A DNA stretch of 63,152 nt, counting the filler, from Octopus bimaculoides (Eukaryota): assembly GCF_001194135.2 (NCBI RefSeq). It is 6 parts of 5 records of this genome, joined end to end, with 100 filler letters (N's around TTAATTAATTAA, not from the genome) between each part and the next. Parts side by side here need not be neighbours in the genome. Positions count along the whole stretch, not along the records: positions 8,205 to 34,886 come from NC_068986.1; positions 34,987 to 52,233 come from NC_068995.1; 4 more parts are not named here. The stretch is one strand, 5' to 3'. Below are positions 25,810-40,538 of the stretch, piece by piece. The notes beneath the pieces are model-generated. The model searched no databases and had not been told where the DNA came from. It was given only the letters and a program-made list of their open reading frames with translations. The stretch's first letter is position 1; every line of letters begins with the position of its first letter. The position numbers and the translations under genes were made by a program.

Positions 25810-26064
25810 CTACATTTTTTTTTTATCAGTTTCAATCATTTGCTGGGGCAACCCCTAACTAATTTTTAGTCCAATGAATCGACCCACGTCCTTTATTGTT
25901 GTTTTTAAGCTTAGTACCTACTCAGTCAGTCAATTCTACCGAACTACTAAGTTACTGGGGCACCTAAGCGCAGTAACGCCGCTTGTGAATTGGTGGTGGG
26001 TGACAGACCCAAGGTCAGAGACGTACACACCTATATGTGCACACACAGACACACTCACAAACAC

Positions 26065-26118
<54 letters not shown>

Positions 26119-26166
26119 ATATATATAATGTATATATATAAATATATATATATATANNNNNNNNNN

Positions 26167-26201
<35 letters not shown>

Positions 26202-26365
26202 TGTGTGTGTGTGTGTGTGTGTATAAGTATATATATTTTTTTATGACCGGCTTCTTTCTGTTTCCGTTACCGAATCGATTCTAGACGGTAGAGCAAGGCA
26301 GAATTCCAGAGTGCCACAGAGTGGGACTGAACCCGGAATTATGTAGCTAAGAAGTAATTTCCTTA
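25810..26365 (-). mobile_element. SINE family B, degenerate full-length copy with expanded internal microsatellite
   Basis: Tail at ~25815-25860, 3' module 25880-26010, microsatellite ~26030-26235, head/body 26245-26365. Confidence 0.6.
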
Positions 26366-26449
26366 ACACGCACACATCCTTGCACCTAGATAGATAGATA
26401 GATAGGTAGATAGATAAATAGATAAATAGATAGATAGATAAATAGATAA

Positions 26450-26524
<75 letters not shown>

Positions 26525-26906
26525 GATATAATATGTGTGTAAGTATTTATATGTGTATACGTGTATTTATTTCTGTGTATGTTTGTGCGTGGATGGTATG
26601 TGTGTGTGTGGACATATGTGTGTAAACCATATTCAGGGAACATATACATTGCTAGTCACACACTTTAATATTCACTAATACACATATACACGCCCAGTAT
26701 TCACACACTGAACCTTGTCTCCGAACACACAGCTGTGTTCATTTCCCACAAATGCAGGTATGATATTGCATGCACACACATATATATATATACATATATA
26801 CACGCATAGAAACAGATGCATGCGTAAATCCGTATACAGTCACACAGTTAAATACATTAATATACACATATATATATACGACATACACACACTCACATAT
26901 GTACAT

Positions 26907-26962
<56 letters not shown>

Positions 26963-27318
26963 TCACACACATATATATATATATATATATATACATACAC
27001 ATACACACACTCACATATATACATATACATACATATATACATATACACACACACGCACATATATGTATACATATGTATATATACATATATTNNNNNNNNN
27101 NNNNNNNNNNNNNNNNNNNNNNNNNNNNNNNNNNNNNNNNNNNNNNNNNNNNNNNNNNNNNNNNNNNNNNNNNNNNNNNNNNNNNNNNNNNNNNNNNNNN
27201 NNNNNNNNNNNNNNNNNNNNNNNNNNNNNNNNNNNNNNNNNNNNNNNNNNNNNNNNNNNNNNNNNNNNNNNNNNNNNNNNNNNNNNNNNNNNNNNNNNNN
27301 NNNNNNNNNNNNNNNNNN

Positions 27319-27358
<40 letters not shown>

Positions 27359-27526
27359 CAAAGGCATATAAGTATGTATTTTCGGATGTGTGTGTGTATA
27401 TCTGCGTGCTTGTGTGTGTGTATCTGTGTATGTGTGTGTGTGGGGGTTTGCATTTGAATTGCGGTTTAAAATGAAATATCTAATTAACACTGATTTTTGC
27501 AATTTTTTTTTTCTTTTTCTCATTAG

Positions 27527-27593
27527 GCACCACGATTGTTTAGAAGTAATCTCTAATTTTTCTTCCCCATCTTCAAACTCGAAAATTATTAAG
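27527..27593 (+). CDS. Candidate internal exon (HHDCLEVISNFSSPSSNSKIIK), product unknown
   Basis: Strong acceptor TTTTTTTTTTCTTTTTCTCATTAG and donor AAG|GTAAGA; exactly one frame is open across 67 nt. Confidence 0.35.
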
Positions 27594-27710
27594 GTAAGAT
27601 CCACCTCCAGGATAGCAAAATCTTCAGGTTTCTTTTCGGTCGGCGCTTGCGAATGAGGATCTCATCACATTTCAACCTTCAGAGCTCAACAAAATTTAGG
27701 TACGCCGCAG

Positions 27711-27757
<47 letters not shown>

Positions 27758-28229
27758 CTAGTAATTCATATGCATGTGAAATGTGTTTCTACAAGCATTT
27801 ATTTTAAATTAATTCGTGCATGTGTGTTTATGTTTGTGTGTTTATGTGTGTGTTTTTTATGTGTGCGTGTGTGTGTGTGAGTATATAATCTATATATATA
27901 TATATAAAGAGAGAGAGAAATAGATAGATGCAGAAAGATAGATACATATATATATACATGCATACAAACACACATACTTTCATACATACATACATACACA
28001 CATACACACATACGTACCTTTAGCCATACATACATACAAACATACATGTATGCATAAGTACATACATACATACATCTAGCCATCCATCCATATGTACATA
28101 CATACATACATATACATACATACATACATACATACATACATACATACATGGAGAATTACTTGGATTTATTGATAGGTAGCCTGATGGATATACCGATAGA
28201 GAGGTAAAGGGAAACAGATAGGTAGATAG

Positions 28230-28445
28230 TCAGAGAGAGAGAGAATGAGAGAGAGAGAGAGAGAATGAGAGAGAGAGAGAGAATGAGAGAGAGAGAGAGA
28301 ATGAGAGAGAGAGATNNNNNNNNNNNNNNNNNNNNNNNNNNNNNNNNTGAGAGAGAGAGAGAGAATGAGAGAGAGAGAGAGAATGAGAGAGAGAGAGAGA
28401 ATGAGAGAGAGAGAGAGAATGAGAGAGAGAGATAGAGAGAGATTG
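28230..28445 (+). repeat. (GA)nAT compound minisatellite, 12-14 bp unit
   Basis: Repeated GAGAGAGAGAGAAT units on both sides of a small gap. Confidence 0.9.
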
Positions 28446-28529
28446 AGAGAGAAGGGCTGATAGACAGATGGATAGAGAGAGAGACAGACAGGCAGACAGA
28501 CAGACAGACAGGCAGACAGACAGATAGAC

Positions 28530-28578
<49 letters not shown>

Positions 28579-29528
28579 CATACATACACACACGTACTGA
28601 AATAATGCACCAAGTGCAATTCAAAATGTCCTCATGCACTTTCACACNNNNNNNNNNNNNNNNNNNNNNNNNNNNNNNNNNNNNNNNNNNNNNNNNNNNN
28701 NNNNNNNNNNNNNNNNNNNNNNNNNNNNNNNNNNNNNNNNNNNNNNNNNNNNNNNNNNNNNNNNNNNNNNNNNNNNNNNNNNNNNNNNNNNNNNNNNNNN
28801 NNNNNNNNNNNNNNNNNNNNNNNNNNNNNNNNNNNNNNNNNNNNNNNNNNNNNNNNNNNNNNNNNNNNNNNNNNNNNNNNNNNNNNNNNNNNNNNNNNNN
28901 NNNNNNNNNNNNNNNNNNNNNNNNNNNNNNNNNNNNNNNNNNNNNNNNNNNNNNNNNNNNNNNNNNNNNNNNNNNNNNNNNNNNNNNNNNNNNNNNNNNN
29001 NNNNNNNNNNNNNNNNNNNNNNNNNNNNNNNNNNNNNNNNNNNNNNNNNNNNNNNNNNNNNNNNNNNNNNNNNNNNNNNNNNNNNNNNNNNNNNNNNNNN
29101 NNNNNNNNNNNNNNNNNNNNNNNNNNNNNNNNNNNNNNNNNNNNNNNNNNNNNNNNNNNNNNNNNNNNNNNNNNNNNNNNNNNNNNNNNNNNNNNNNNNN
29201 NNNNNNNNNNNNNNNNNNNNNNNNNNNNNNNNNNNNNNNNNNNNNNNNNNNNNNNNNNNNNNNNNNNNNNNNNNNNNNNNNNNNNNNNNNNNNNNNNNNN
29301 NNNNNNNNNNNNNNNNNNNNNNNNNATATGTATGTATGTATATGTATATATAAATATACAACATGCAATACATTTATATATATATATATATATATATACA
29401 ACATGCATTTACGTGAACATTCACCCATACTTCATACATAGAAGTTGCACACACGTGCACAAACAAAGCATGCATATACATATAGGCAAACAACCTTAAT
29501 GCTGTATACATAGATTGATACCTAGTTA

Positions 29529-29591
<63 letters not shown>

Positions 29592-30055
29592 CAATTATCT
29601 ACAAAAATATACAAAGCTATGCGCATGCATTTGCACACACACAAATGTACACAAACAAATGCACTCAAATATGCACGCACAATGAAATCAAATTGAACTG
29701 CACATACATGCTAAGGTGCAAGAATTCCTGCATGTATCCCTCCCTCGCTCACTTCCACTCTTTCAATCACTTCCTCTCTTTCATTCACTCCCTCTCTCTT
29801 TATCTATCTGTCTATCTATTTATTTATTTATCTACGTATTTAGCTCTTTATCTACATATGTATATCTACATATCTATCTCTATATTTATCTATCAATTTA
29901 GCTCTGTATCTTTCTAAATATCTATCTCTATTTCTGTCTATCTATCTATCTATTTATCTATGTTTACAGCTAATGTTTATACATGTTTTGTGTGTGCATG
30001 TGTTTGCAAGTTGTATGTATGAAGTGTAAGTGAATGTCCAAATAAATGCATGTTG

Positions 30056-30095
<40 letters not shown>

Positions 30096-30117
30096 TATAT
30101 TTGTGTGTATAAATGAA

Positions 30118-30152
<35 letters not shown>

Positions 30153-30457
30153 NNNNNNNNNNNNNNNNNNNNNNNNNNNNNNNNNNNNNNNNNNNNNNNN
30201 NNNNNNNNNNNNNNNNNNNNNNNNNNNNNNNNNNNNNNNNNNNNNNNNNNNNNNNNNNNNNNNNNNNNNNNNNNNNNNNNNNNNNNNNNNNNNNNNNNNN
30301 NNNNNNNNNNNNNNNNNNNNNNNNNNNNNNNNNNNNNNNNNNNNNNNNNNNNNNNNNNNNNNNNNNNNNNNNNNNNNNNNNNNNNNNNNNNNNNNNNNNN
30401 NNNNNNNNNNNNNNNNNNNNNNNNNNNNNNNNNNNNNNNNNNNNNNNNNNNNNNNNN

Positions 30458-30527
<70 letters not shown>

Positions 30528-30714
30528 CACCAACAACAAGAGACTTGTTGGAAAATTGTTTCTCACAGAGAGATGGTCACGGTTAGAACGCCTTTGATCA
30601 TAAATCTATTACATCAGGGACGAACTAAGAACTACTACCTCCATCACCAATGCTAATTAAGACTTTCACCAATACAACCACATTGTTTCTTGCTGAACAA
30701 CCACAATGATCATT

Positions 30715-30941
30715 TGTTTAAAGTGATCAAATGTTTGTGTACACATAACCTCATTCCTTCCATTAAATCGACATTACCTGTACAGGTGCACCATGTGGCA
30801 CATGTCAGATGACGAAATGATCACAGAGCAACGTGAAATGAAGTGCTTTGCTCAAGAACTCAACGCAACGCTCGGTCTGGGAATTGAACCCAGGATCTCG
30901 GAATTGTGAGTGCAACACCCTAACCCCTAAATCGTGCGCCT
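30715..30941 (-). mobile_element. CORE-like tRNA SINE, third family
   Basis: Minus: GGCGCACGATTTAGGGGTTAGGG...GGGTTCAATTCC...CTTGAGCAAAGCACTTCATTTCACGTTGCTC. Confidence 0.7.
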
Positions 30942-31314
30942 TCACTTTACAAATATATACATTCTGATATATATGTATATGATTATTCCTTTGTATGTAT
31001 GGTTTTCCTGTACCCGTAACGCAGCGGTTCGTCAAAACGTTTCCAATAGGTTTCGATTAAATCTTCCAAGGCGACGCCCCAACATAGCTGCTGTCTAATG
31101 ACTGAAACAAAAAGTAAAAGATACCTACGTGCACCCACTCGCATGCGCACTTTGTTTCAAGACACATCACACTGACGCTCTACGGTGCACCATCAGACAT
31201 TGCTCGCTTTCACCGGAATAACAACCAGGCCTCCTTCAATTCGAAGTTTTACTATATTAGTGAAGCGAGTATGCTATCAGTTATTTCATTTATTCATTCA
31301 AGGGACCACAGTTA

Positions 31315-31585
31315 ATTAACACCTTGCCAAAACATCTGAGGAATTTTCATGGAGTAGGGGGTAGATGTTTTCAAGAAACAACTTGACCTCCTGCTATCGA
31401 AGGTCCCAGACGAACCAATATCAAGACAGAAGGCTCAAAAGAGGACAGCAGTGCCTAACTCCGTCCTTCAACAAAAGCCAATCACACAGAATTGGCCATT
31501 AAAGGTGGGATTATACAGTCGGTACTCCAGTATGGCCACAACCTTAAGGCTGAAATATTCAAAAGAATAAAAAAATAAAAGAATT
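31315..31585 (+). mobile_element. CR1-clade-like LINE 3' end, same family as 13262-13552
   Basis: LPKHLRNFHGV/VDVFKKQLDLLLSKVPDEPISRQ...PNSVLQQ, then CGGTACTCCAGTATGGCCACAACC...GGCTGAAA and AAAAGAAT repeats. Confidence 0.8.
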
Positions 31586-33187
31586 TATTTATTTATTCAT
31601 CTTTTATGAGACATTCTTCGATATCACGATTCAAATTAAGAAAAAAACATGGTCAGATGGAAGATAGATTGTAGCATACCTCCGTCGCGGCAACCTAGGG
31701 CTAAACAGCAAGAACATCAACAACAACAACAACAATAAAAGCTCTATGCACACAAAGCATTATTTGTTTAAACTTAAAGTTTAAGTATTTTTTGTGTGCA
31801 CACGAAGACATGAAACATACTAACAGCTACAAATTTACGCAAACATAAATACACACACACTACACACACACACTACACACACACACACGTACGTACACAC
31901 GTACACACATTCTATCTTTTCTCCTCTCTCCCATTCTCTATTCCACTCACCCCCCTTTTCTCCCTTTTCAAACAAGCTCTACAAACTAACAATCCCTTAC
32001 GCACATATACGCACAACATAGCTACATTACACGAATCGATCAATGAGTCTCTAATTGGACACTCATCCTGCTAGAAACAGCAGCAATGTCGTCGCCGAGT
32101 TACAGCTTACTCTGGTAAAAAAAAAAAAAAAAAAATGGTCAGTGTTGAATGGATAACATAGTCCTAGATGTACGATTACACGTGGTAATCACGGATGGAA
32201 TGCCTCTCATTTTAGCTCTGTTCCATCAGGGTTAAAATATGGTTAAACAAAAATAACAATTCGGAAAAGCACCAACAACAACAATAACGACACACAAACA
32301 CACACACACACACACACACANNNNNNNNNNNNNNNNNNNNNNNNNNNNNNNNNNNNNNNNNNNNNNNNNNNNNNNNNNNNNNNNNNNNNNNNNNNNNNNN
32401 NNNNNNNNNNNNNNNNNNNNNNNNNNNNNNNNNNNNNNNNNNNNNNNNNNNNNNNNNNNNNNNNNNNNNNNNNNNNNNNNNNNNNNNNNNNNNNNNNNNN
32501 NNNNNNNNNNNNNNNNNNNNNNNNNNNNNNNNNNNNNNNNNNNNNNNNNNNNNNNNNNNNNNNNNNNNNNNNNNNNNNNNNNNNNNNNNNNNNNNNNNNN
32601 NNNNNNNNNNNNNNNNNNNNNNNNNNNNNNNNNNNNNNNNNNNNNNNNNNNNNNNNNNNNNNNNNNNNNNNNNNNNNNNNNNNNNNNNNNNNNNNNNNNN
32701 NNNNNNNNNNNNNNNNNNNNNNNNNNNNNNNNNNNNNNNNNNNNNNNNNNNNNNNNNNNNNNNNNNNNNNNNNNNNNNNNNNNNNNNNNNNNNNNNNNNN
32801 NNNNNNNNNNNNNNNNNNNNNNNNNNNNNNNNNNNNNNNNNNNNNNNNNNNNNNNNNNNNNNNNNNNNNNNNNNNNNNNNNNNNNNNNNNNNNNNNNNNN
32901 NNNNNNNNNNNNNNNNNNNNNNNNNNNNNNNNNNNNNNNNNNNNNNNNNNNNNNNNNNNNNNNNNNNNNNNNNNNNNNNNNNNNNNNNNNNNNNNNNNNN
33001 NNNNNNNNNNNNNNNNNNNNNNNNNNNNNNNNNNNNNNNNNNNNNNNNNNNNNNNNNNNNNNNNNNNNNNNNNNNNNNNNNNNNNNNNNNNNNNNNNNNN
33101 NNNNNNNNNNNNNNNNNNNNNNNNNNNNNNNNNNNNNNNNNNNNNNNNNNNNNNNNNNNNNNNNNNNNNNNNNNNNNNNNNATATAC

Positions 33188-33231
<44 letters not shown>

Positions 33232-33344
33232 GCGTATATATATATATTTATATTTGTATGTATATATTAATATTTGTATTATGTATGTATGTATGTATGT
33301 ATGTATGTATGCATGCATGTATGTATGCATGCATGTATGTATGT

Positions 33345-33480
33345 ATACAACGTGGCTTTAAGGGTATCGCGATGGGATTGGCTGGAGGCCCAACCTTCCG
33401 AGTTCTTTTACAGGACTTAGAAAAGCTGAAGGACTGCTGCAATAAGTGTTTGAATCTGAGAAGGGAATATGTTGAATAAA
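33345..33480 (+). mobile_element. Mariner transposase C-terminal remnant
   Basis: LEKLKDCCNKCLNLRREYVE* resembles the mariner terminal W.KC..L.GEYVE motif. Confidence 0.6.
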
Positions 33481-34986
33481 ATCATAATTGGCTGATCCTC
33501 CTTTATTTTCTTTTCCACAAAAGTAGGAACCTTTCAGTACCTTCCCGTATGTGTGATGCTTATTTAATGCAGAATCTATTATTATTTAAATAGCTGGCCC
33601 GTGCCGTCAAACGTGACGTCTAATTGTAGTATTTCATGTATAAATATGGATGGTAAATCAAATTAATACACTTGTCAATGTTATCTAGTGGTTGTCTTTT
33701 GAGATGTGACATCGATCATCGTTTGTTACTGAAAGAACGCTGATTCACACGTACATTCACATATTTCCTTTGTACACGCGCACACATACACATATACATA
33801 CGCACAGAGTTGAAACGCTGTTTGATTTTCCTTTACAACGTTGAATGTTCACCATCCCACTTCAATTGCACACACACAAACATTCACATAACCTCCCTTT
33901 TTCATACACACACATATACTCACAATTTTGAAACGCTCCCACTGCCAGTTTGCCATCACCCCTTCCTTTCTCATTCATATTTTGTGACGGAGAAAAATAC
34001 AAGAGAATTATTATAGTAGAAGCGAAGGGATCTTGGAGAATTCATCAGAGAGTGCTATTGCCAGCGATAAAATATAACTGTACTAGTCATGTTAAAGACA
34101 TTTAACATTAAGTAAACTTATACACCATCCACCCCTACAATTGCGCACTTATAGTCTTGGTGAAACTTTGAAGAAACTGTTAACCCATTTCATTGAACTT
34201 TTCCCTCTTTTATTCATTTACTCGTTTCAGTCAGTGAAATCCGGTGGTTCCGGAGCGCCGTTGTGAATTATTTTAGTCGACAATATCAAACCAAGTATTT
34301 ATCAGTCTTTTTATTTTGTACTTATCTCTCTTTATCTACCTAATGGCTGCATTGCCTGTATGCTTATTAGTACACACACACACAAACGTGCATACATGGA
34401 TACATACATGCACGCAGGTAGGCACACGTACATACATATGTAGACATATACATACATGCTTACACACACACACACATATATCCACACACACACATACATA
34501 TAGCGTATGCTTTTCTTGTAATGTGCAAGACATATTTGAAAATAAATATAAACAACCTTATTTTGATCGTCTTCGCGTCATATGCTATACTAAATTAATT
34601 CCTGCTTGGCAAACTTTAGTATCCGCCAAAAAACATTGCTTGCTATAACACATATATGAAAACACCCAAAGCTCATATCTAGCTTCAAATGAACTGGGTG
34701 TTAACAACCATTGAGGAGACAAAAATACGCCGAAACAGAGGTAGATCTTATTAGTTTCACGCTTGAAAAGAAAAAGGATAAGAAGTAAAGGGTCATTGAC
34801 GTTTCGGATATGCAGTTCTATATCACAGAAAAATGTTAGTTGCCGGGGTCTTATATGAGCAGTGGTCATATATATATATATATATANNNNNNNNNNNNNN
34901 NNNNNNNNNNNNNNNNNNNNNNNNNNNNNNTTAATTAATTAANNNNNNNNNNNNNNNNNNNNNNNNNNNNNNNNNNNNNNNNNNNN

Positions 34987-35018
<32 letters not shown>

Positions 35019-35343
35019 GCACACACATTATTTTTATGCCTGGTAATTATTCTGTCAGTCTTTTTTTGCAATCCGTGACAGGGAACAAACAGAGACACAC
35101 GTATAAACATAGCATGGGCATCTTTCAGTTTATATCTACAAAATTCACTCACAAGTCTTTGGTCAGCCTGAAGCTGTAGCAGAAGAGACTTGGCCCGAGT
35201 GACACAGTGGGACTGAATCCGGAGCTATGTATTTGGGAAACAAGGTTCTTATCGTAAAGAAATGCCTGCACGAACTACTGACACGCATGCGCCTATATTT
35301 ATTACACACACACACACACACACATACACACATACACACACAC

Positions 35344-35376
<33 letters not shown>

Positions 35377-37469
35377 CGCACGCACACACACATACACATA
35401 TCAGATCATCCCATAATTAGTGGGTCTGGATTTTAGATAAGGAAAACAAGTGATCATATCTTACATCTTAATGAAAATCGTGAATATATTTGCTGTAAGT
35501 TATTTCGTTCAGGCACACTTCTCCATAAACTAAGCAAATATTTCGAGTCGCTTCAGCTGCAGATTTCCGTTGTTTAAATTCATAAGACATTATGTGCCTC
35601 AGATGATCCAATGATCCATTGGTGAAATTACAATTTGATTATCCTGCAAAATGAAAATTAATTTGAATTTATCCACATACATGCAAATATTACTTGGTGT
35701 CATTAGGTATTCTAAAATACTGTTAAAGCGCTTAGAAATTGAAAATATAGAAGTGCTGACATTACTTATGGGATGACCTGATAAACTTCCTAGCATCCGG
35801 TATGCGGAGCTTTCAACTAGTAGCACGTGCATCTGCAAGTTGTTTGTAAAACAATATATATACATATGTTTAATTTGCATGCATGCATTTACGTGTGAGT
35901 TAGTGTGTTTCTATGCAAGAACTGCGATGTTATGAATAATATTTCATATGGAAAAAAAAACTTACAATAATTTCATTAATCCTGTATTTAGTTAAACTGT
36001 AGCTACCAAACAAATAAATTTATCTTTTGCAGCTATAGGTGGGACTCATTTTACTAGTTTTGTCCTTTTTTTTTTTTTTTCGTGATTTGAACTCTGAACA
36101 CTATTTTACAAGGCCGAGCTGACACTGCTGAACTCATCGCATGCTTTTAAACAAATACTAGGAATTATAATTCCGTGTTTTTATGTTTATCCTGTTTTCC
36201 TATTATTATGCATACCTGATTTTCCTCCTATCCCAGCTCCCTCATGAAATATTGTAACTATGGAAACTACAAAAGCCTTGGAATATGAAGAGATAGTTAA
36301 TTAACAGGAAATTAACAAGTGTATCACTTACATAGTGAGAAGCGAAAATAGGAAAACAATTTCTTCCTAATAGTGTTAAACAAATCAAACATAAAAGTTA
36401 AATAAGCAACTTCATTCAATCTCTCAACTCATGTGATAATGAATAACAAAATATCTAATATATAACAACTTCAAACGCAACGTTAAAAATTTGCGTCTAT
36501 TTCCGGTGAATATCCGGATGCTAAAGTGTCTCACTAATAATATTAAAGGTTTGTTATGCTCACTTAACTACACGATTTAACAAGAGAATAATGACCATTC
36601 CCGATTGCTTCCTGATTGTATTTTAAATGTTATAGAAGATTGTCTATTTAATTTTTTTATTGTATGAAATATCTAATATGTGAAGTGCTTAATCAACCAG
36701 GCATAAATTATAACAGGGTTGTTTCTACTATAGCAACTGTGTATGATAAAATATGTAAAATATATTCTTTAATGGAAGATAAGCTAGGACAGAAAATACA
36801 AAAACCGTGTAAAATTATTCTAAGACATGTCTTTCCCTCTGCTTAGCATTACAGGTATTTTAATTTAGCCCGTATCTTCTTTTCAACATTCAATGTTACA
36901 TACAGAAACAAAGCAAAATTAAAGTAGCTTTTATCGAATCAGCCTTTAAATAATTTCAGCGCACTGCAGCATTTCATATATGTTTAACAATCAAAGTAAA
37001 TAGATAACTTTGTAGTAAGCAAATTGTCGAATAATGGCGAACATGAATAATGAATGTTGAACTTATTTAAAACAACCTTTTGGTAATCTGCATAAATGAC
37101 AAGCTCATTAACGTTGAACTTCTACATATTTTTCGCTCATTTTCTGAAAATAAAATATAAAGTGGTTGGTAAAAGAGAACAAAGTCATTTTTTTCTATTA
37201 TTTGTTGCACTTTGATTCGTCGTAATAATAGTTAGTGAGATATAATTGCAAATGCTACTGTAGATACGATATTTATAACAAGAAATTAAACTTGAAATCA
37301 AATGATCTACCGTTAAATTATTTAAAACAACATTTTAAATTGCATTACGCTAATGAAGTTATATCATTCAGTAAAGAGTGAACATCGTGTTCATGTAAGA
37401 ATATCACCTGTGTGAGTTGATTATGTAGTAAACATTTATAGAACTGTTTGTTTGTCCTTTGGCACTGAT

Positions 37470-37705
37470 TTAGTACGTCATTTTGACTGCGGCCATGCTG
37501 GAGCACCAGGACTTATTATTTGTTAGCCTAGTACTTATTCTATCGATCTCTGTTGCCGAACCGCTAAAAGACAGGGACGTAAACACACCAGCATCGGTTG
37601 TCAAGAGATGTTGAGGGGACACAAACAGATACACACACACGCATATATATATATTCATACGACGGGCTTCTTCCAGTTTCCGTCTACTAAATCCACTCAC
37701 AAGGC
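37470..37705 (-). mobile_element. SINE family B, internally deleted
   Basis: Tail, 3' module, short microsatellite and body end (ACGACGGGCTTCTTCCAGTTTCCGTC). Confidence 0.85.
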
Positions 37706-37723
37706 TTTATATAAGTATGTTTG

Positions 37724-37755
<32 letters not shown>

Positions 37756-38479
37756 CATGTATGTACGTATGTATGCATTTATACACGTTAGCAATCCTGA
37801 ACTTCATGTATCTGGTGCCAATGATCTGCAAGCCACTTATTATGATAAACTTCTGGCATATGTCCCAGGACTTTCTTCTATTAAACTCGAGAATAAAGAT
37901 CGCTTAACAGGTCTTTCTTATGATATTTAACGACTCACGCTATGATCGGTAACTGATATTATCCAGTGACCAGTATTATCAAATAAATTGTCGTTTGTCC
38001 AAATTGACGGCGATTCTTATAAATTAGAAGGTCCGTTAATGTCACAACTCATGTAATCAAACTTAATTACCAAAATCATCCAGCGCAAGAGGGCTTTCAG
38101 CGCTGTGGCTTGTTTCGCTAAGTAGAACATATGCGTTCTAAAACTAGACGATTCATTGGATAATGAAATACCGTATACACTATGTAAGTAAAAATGACAT
38201 ACAATCCGAATTTTAAAGCTCATCGGGTCTTACATGCTGATAAAAAAAAAACAAAGCAATTAAACTTACACCTTTTAGAAATGATGTGATGAGTATCTAC
38301 TTTAAAATTAATACAGTTACAGCGCCAATATTAAAAGAGAATTATTTTCTAAAAAAATGCTGAAATTGTTAAAATGTTCAGCATGTTTACAAAAAGTCTG
38401 AAATTAGAACGATAAGTACTAAAATGGCAGAAGCTGATAGCAGTCTGTTAATAGATAAACGCCTTAGACGATGTGCTGG

Positions 38480-39050
38480 AATTCTCATAACAATACTAGC
38501 AGATGCCATCAGATATTTAGAAGACAGTGTCTATATTCTGCACCAATAAATTTCGTTACTGTTTATTGTTACTCGTTTTGAAGACAACTACGTGATCCAT
38601 TTTCATACTTCTCAGAGAACTACTGTGATTGGATGACAGTGCAGTTATCACTGATACATCAACACACAAATGGATTGATGTGCATGCGCTCTTCACTACA
38701 TCAAAAACAATTCATATTAGAATACATATAAGAAAAGCAGTGGCTATTCCTGCCGAAGAAAAGATCAGAGCTGAAAGCATTAACCTGAAAACCATTGAAG
38801 ATTTTACGCCTTTTGTGAGTGCAATATCGAACATGATTATATTGATAGTAAGTTACAAAATAAGATGGCAGACGCAAGTTCAGCATTTGGATGACTGTAC
38901 CTATTGGTTATGGAACAAATTTTCAGTTTCCATCAGAATTAAGTGCAAGATCTAAATTGCTGTTATAACCCATTCAGACTATACAAAAGCTGTACAATGA
39001 ACAAAGATGGAGAGACCAATGGCTTCTACGACAATACAACAACACTGAAT
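38480..39050 (+). mobile_element. Highly degenerate RTE-like LINE RT fragment
   Basis: LRELL..DDSAVI motif (ORF 38629: LDDSAVI...INLKTIEDF..VSAISN...) matches the layout of RTE RT domains 5-7. Confidence 0.55.
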
Positions 39051-40270
39051 CACACGAATATCATGGAAAGAACTAGTTATAAACATCAATGAATTATATA
39101 TAGACTGGTGTTATCTCGTATAGATCTATAAGTAAAACAAATTTATTATGCACAGGGCCAGGACACATTAGTAAAATGTCATCTAGAAAAGCAGCAAAGA
39201 AACCCTGCATCCATATTCAACTGCAACTAAAAAAAAAAACGCTGTAGTTTCGGTAAATCGTGATCTATGAAGTTAACATCTTAAAACACCTATTGAGACA
39301 GTAATGAACCGGAGTGGTGTTTACTGAATGTTGCATCGAAACACACACACACACACAAACACGAGCCCTATTAATTTGTAGTTTATCACATCTTTTTATC
39401 ACATCTATTTTTATCGAGATCTCGCGGTGATTGCTGAAATAGTCACAGAAATAAAATGGATAATATCAAAAAATGAAAGTGGGAAAAATTCTAATTCGGA
39501 AACAAATACTGTGTACACTTGTGTGCATGTTTATATATGTATGTACATGCATGCATAGGCAAACACACACACACACTGACCCACACACATGGGCACAAAC
39601 AAGCAAAAAGGAACGCAGTGTAAATAACGGACAGGGTCAAGACTATTGACACGGTTGCAGGACGCAACGAAAATTTTAGGAAAATAAAAATAATGAAAAG
39701 TGGAATTTTTACTGATGAGTGTATTAAATTATAAGGCACAAAAAGAAAATGACTCTCCCCAGACACNNNNNNNNNNNNNNNNNNNNNNNNNNNNNNNNNN
39801 NNNNNNNNNNNNNNNNNNNNNNNNNNNNNNNNNNNNNNNNNNNNNNNNNNNNNNNNNNNNNNNNNNNNNNNNNNNNNNNNNNNNNNNNNNNNNNNNNNNN
39901 NNNNNNNNNNNNNNNNNNNNNNNNNNNNNNNNNNNNNNNNNNNNNNNNNNNNNNNNNNNNNNNNNNNNNNNNNNNNNNNNNNNNNNNNNNNNNNNNNNNN
40001 NNNNNNNNNNNNNNNNNNNNNNNNNNNNNNNNNNNNNNNNNNNNNNNNNNNNNNNNNNNNNNNNNNNNNNNNNNNNNNNNNNNNNNNNNNNNNNNNNNNN
40101 NNNNNNNNNNNNNNNNNNNNNNNNNNNNNNNNNNNNNNNNNNNNNNNNNNNNNNNNNNNNNNNNNNNNNNNNNNNNNNNNNNNNNNNNNNNNNNNNNNNN
40201 NNNNNNNNNNNNNNNNNNNNNNNNNNNNNNNNNNNNNNNNNNNNNNNNNNNNNNNNNNNNNNNNNNNNNN

Positions 40271-40310
<40 letters not shown>

Positions 40311-40312
<2 letters not shown>

Positions 40313-40538
40313 GGTGAATGACAAGGACCCTTTTGTGTGCACAGTCTGTGACAGACCATGCCTGTCTTTGTCTGGCCTCAAATCTCACCTGCGAAACCAT
40401 GGAAAACAAACTTCAACCAACTATTCTGACTATATGTCTGTGCACACGTTTGAATGTGATGTATGCCAGAAGGCTTGCAAATCCAATGGGGGTCTTAAAA
40501 GACATATCGTTCGCATTCACACTGTAATGCATTATTAG
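40311..40538 (+). CDS. Two C2H2 zinc fingers ending in a stop; probably an RTE-type ORF2 C-terminus, possibly a host terminal exon
   Basis: FVCTVCDRPCLSLSGLKSHLRNH and FECDVCQKACKSNGGLKRHIVRIH; no TGEKP linker. Confidence 0.6.
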
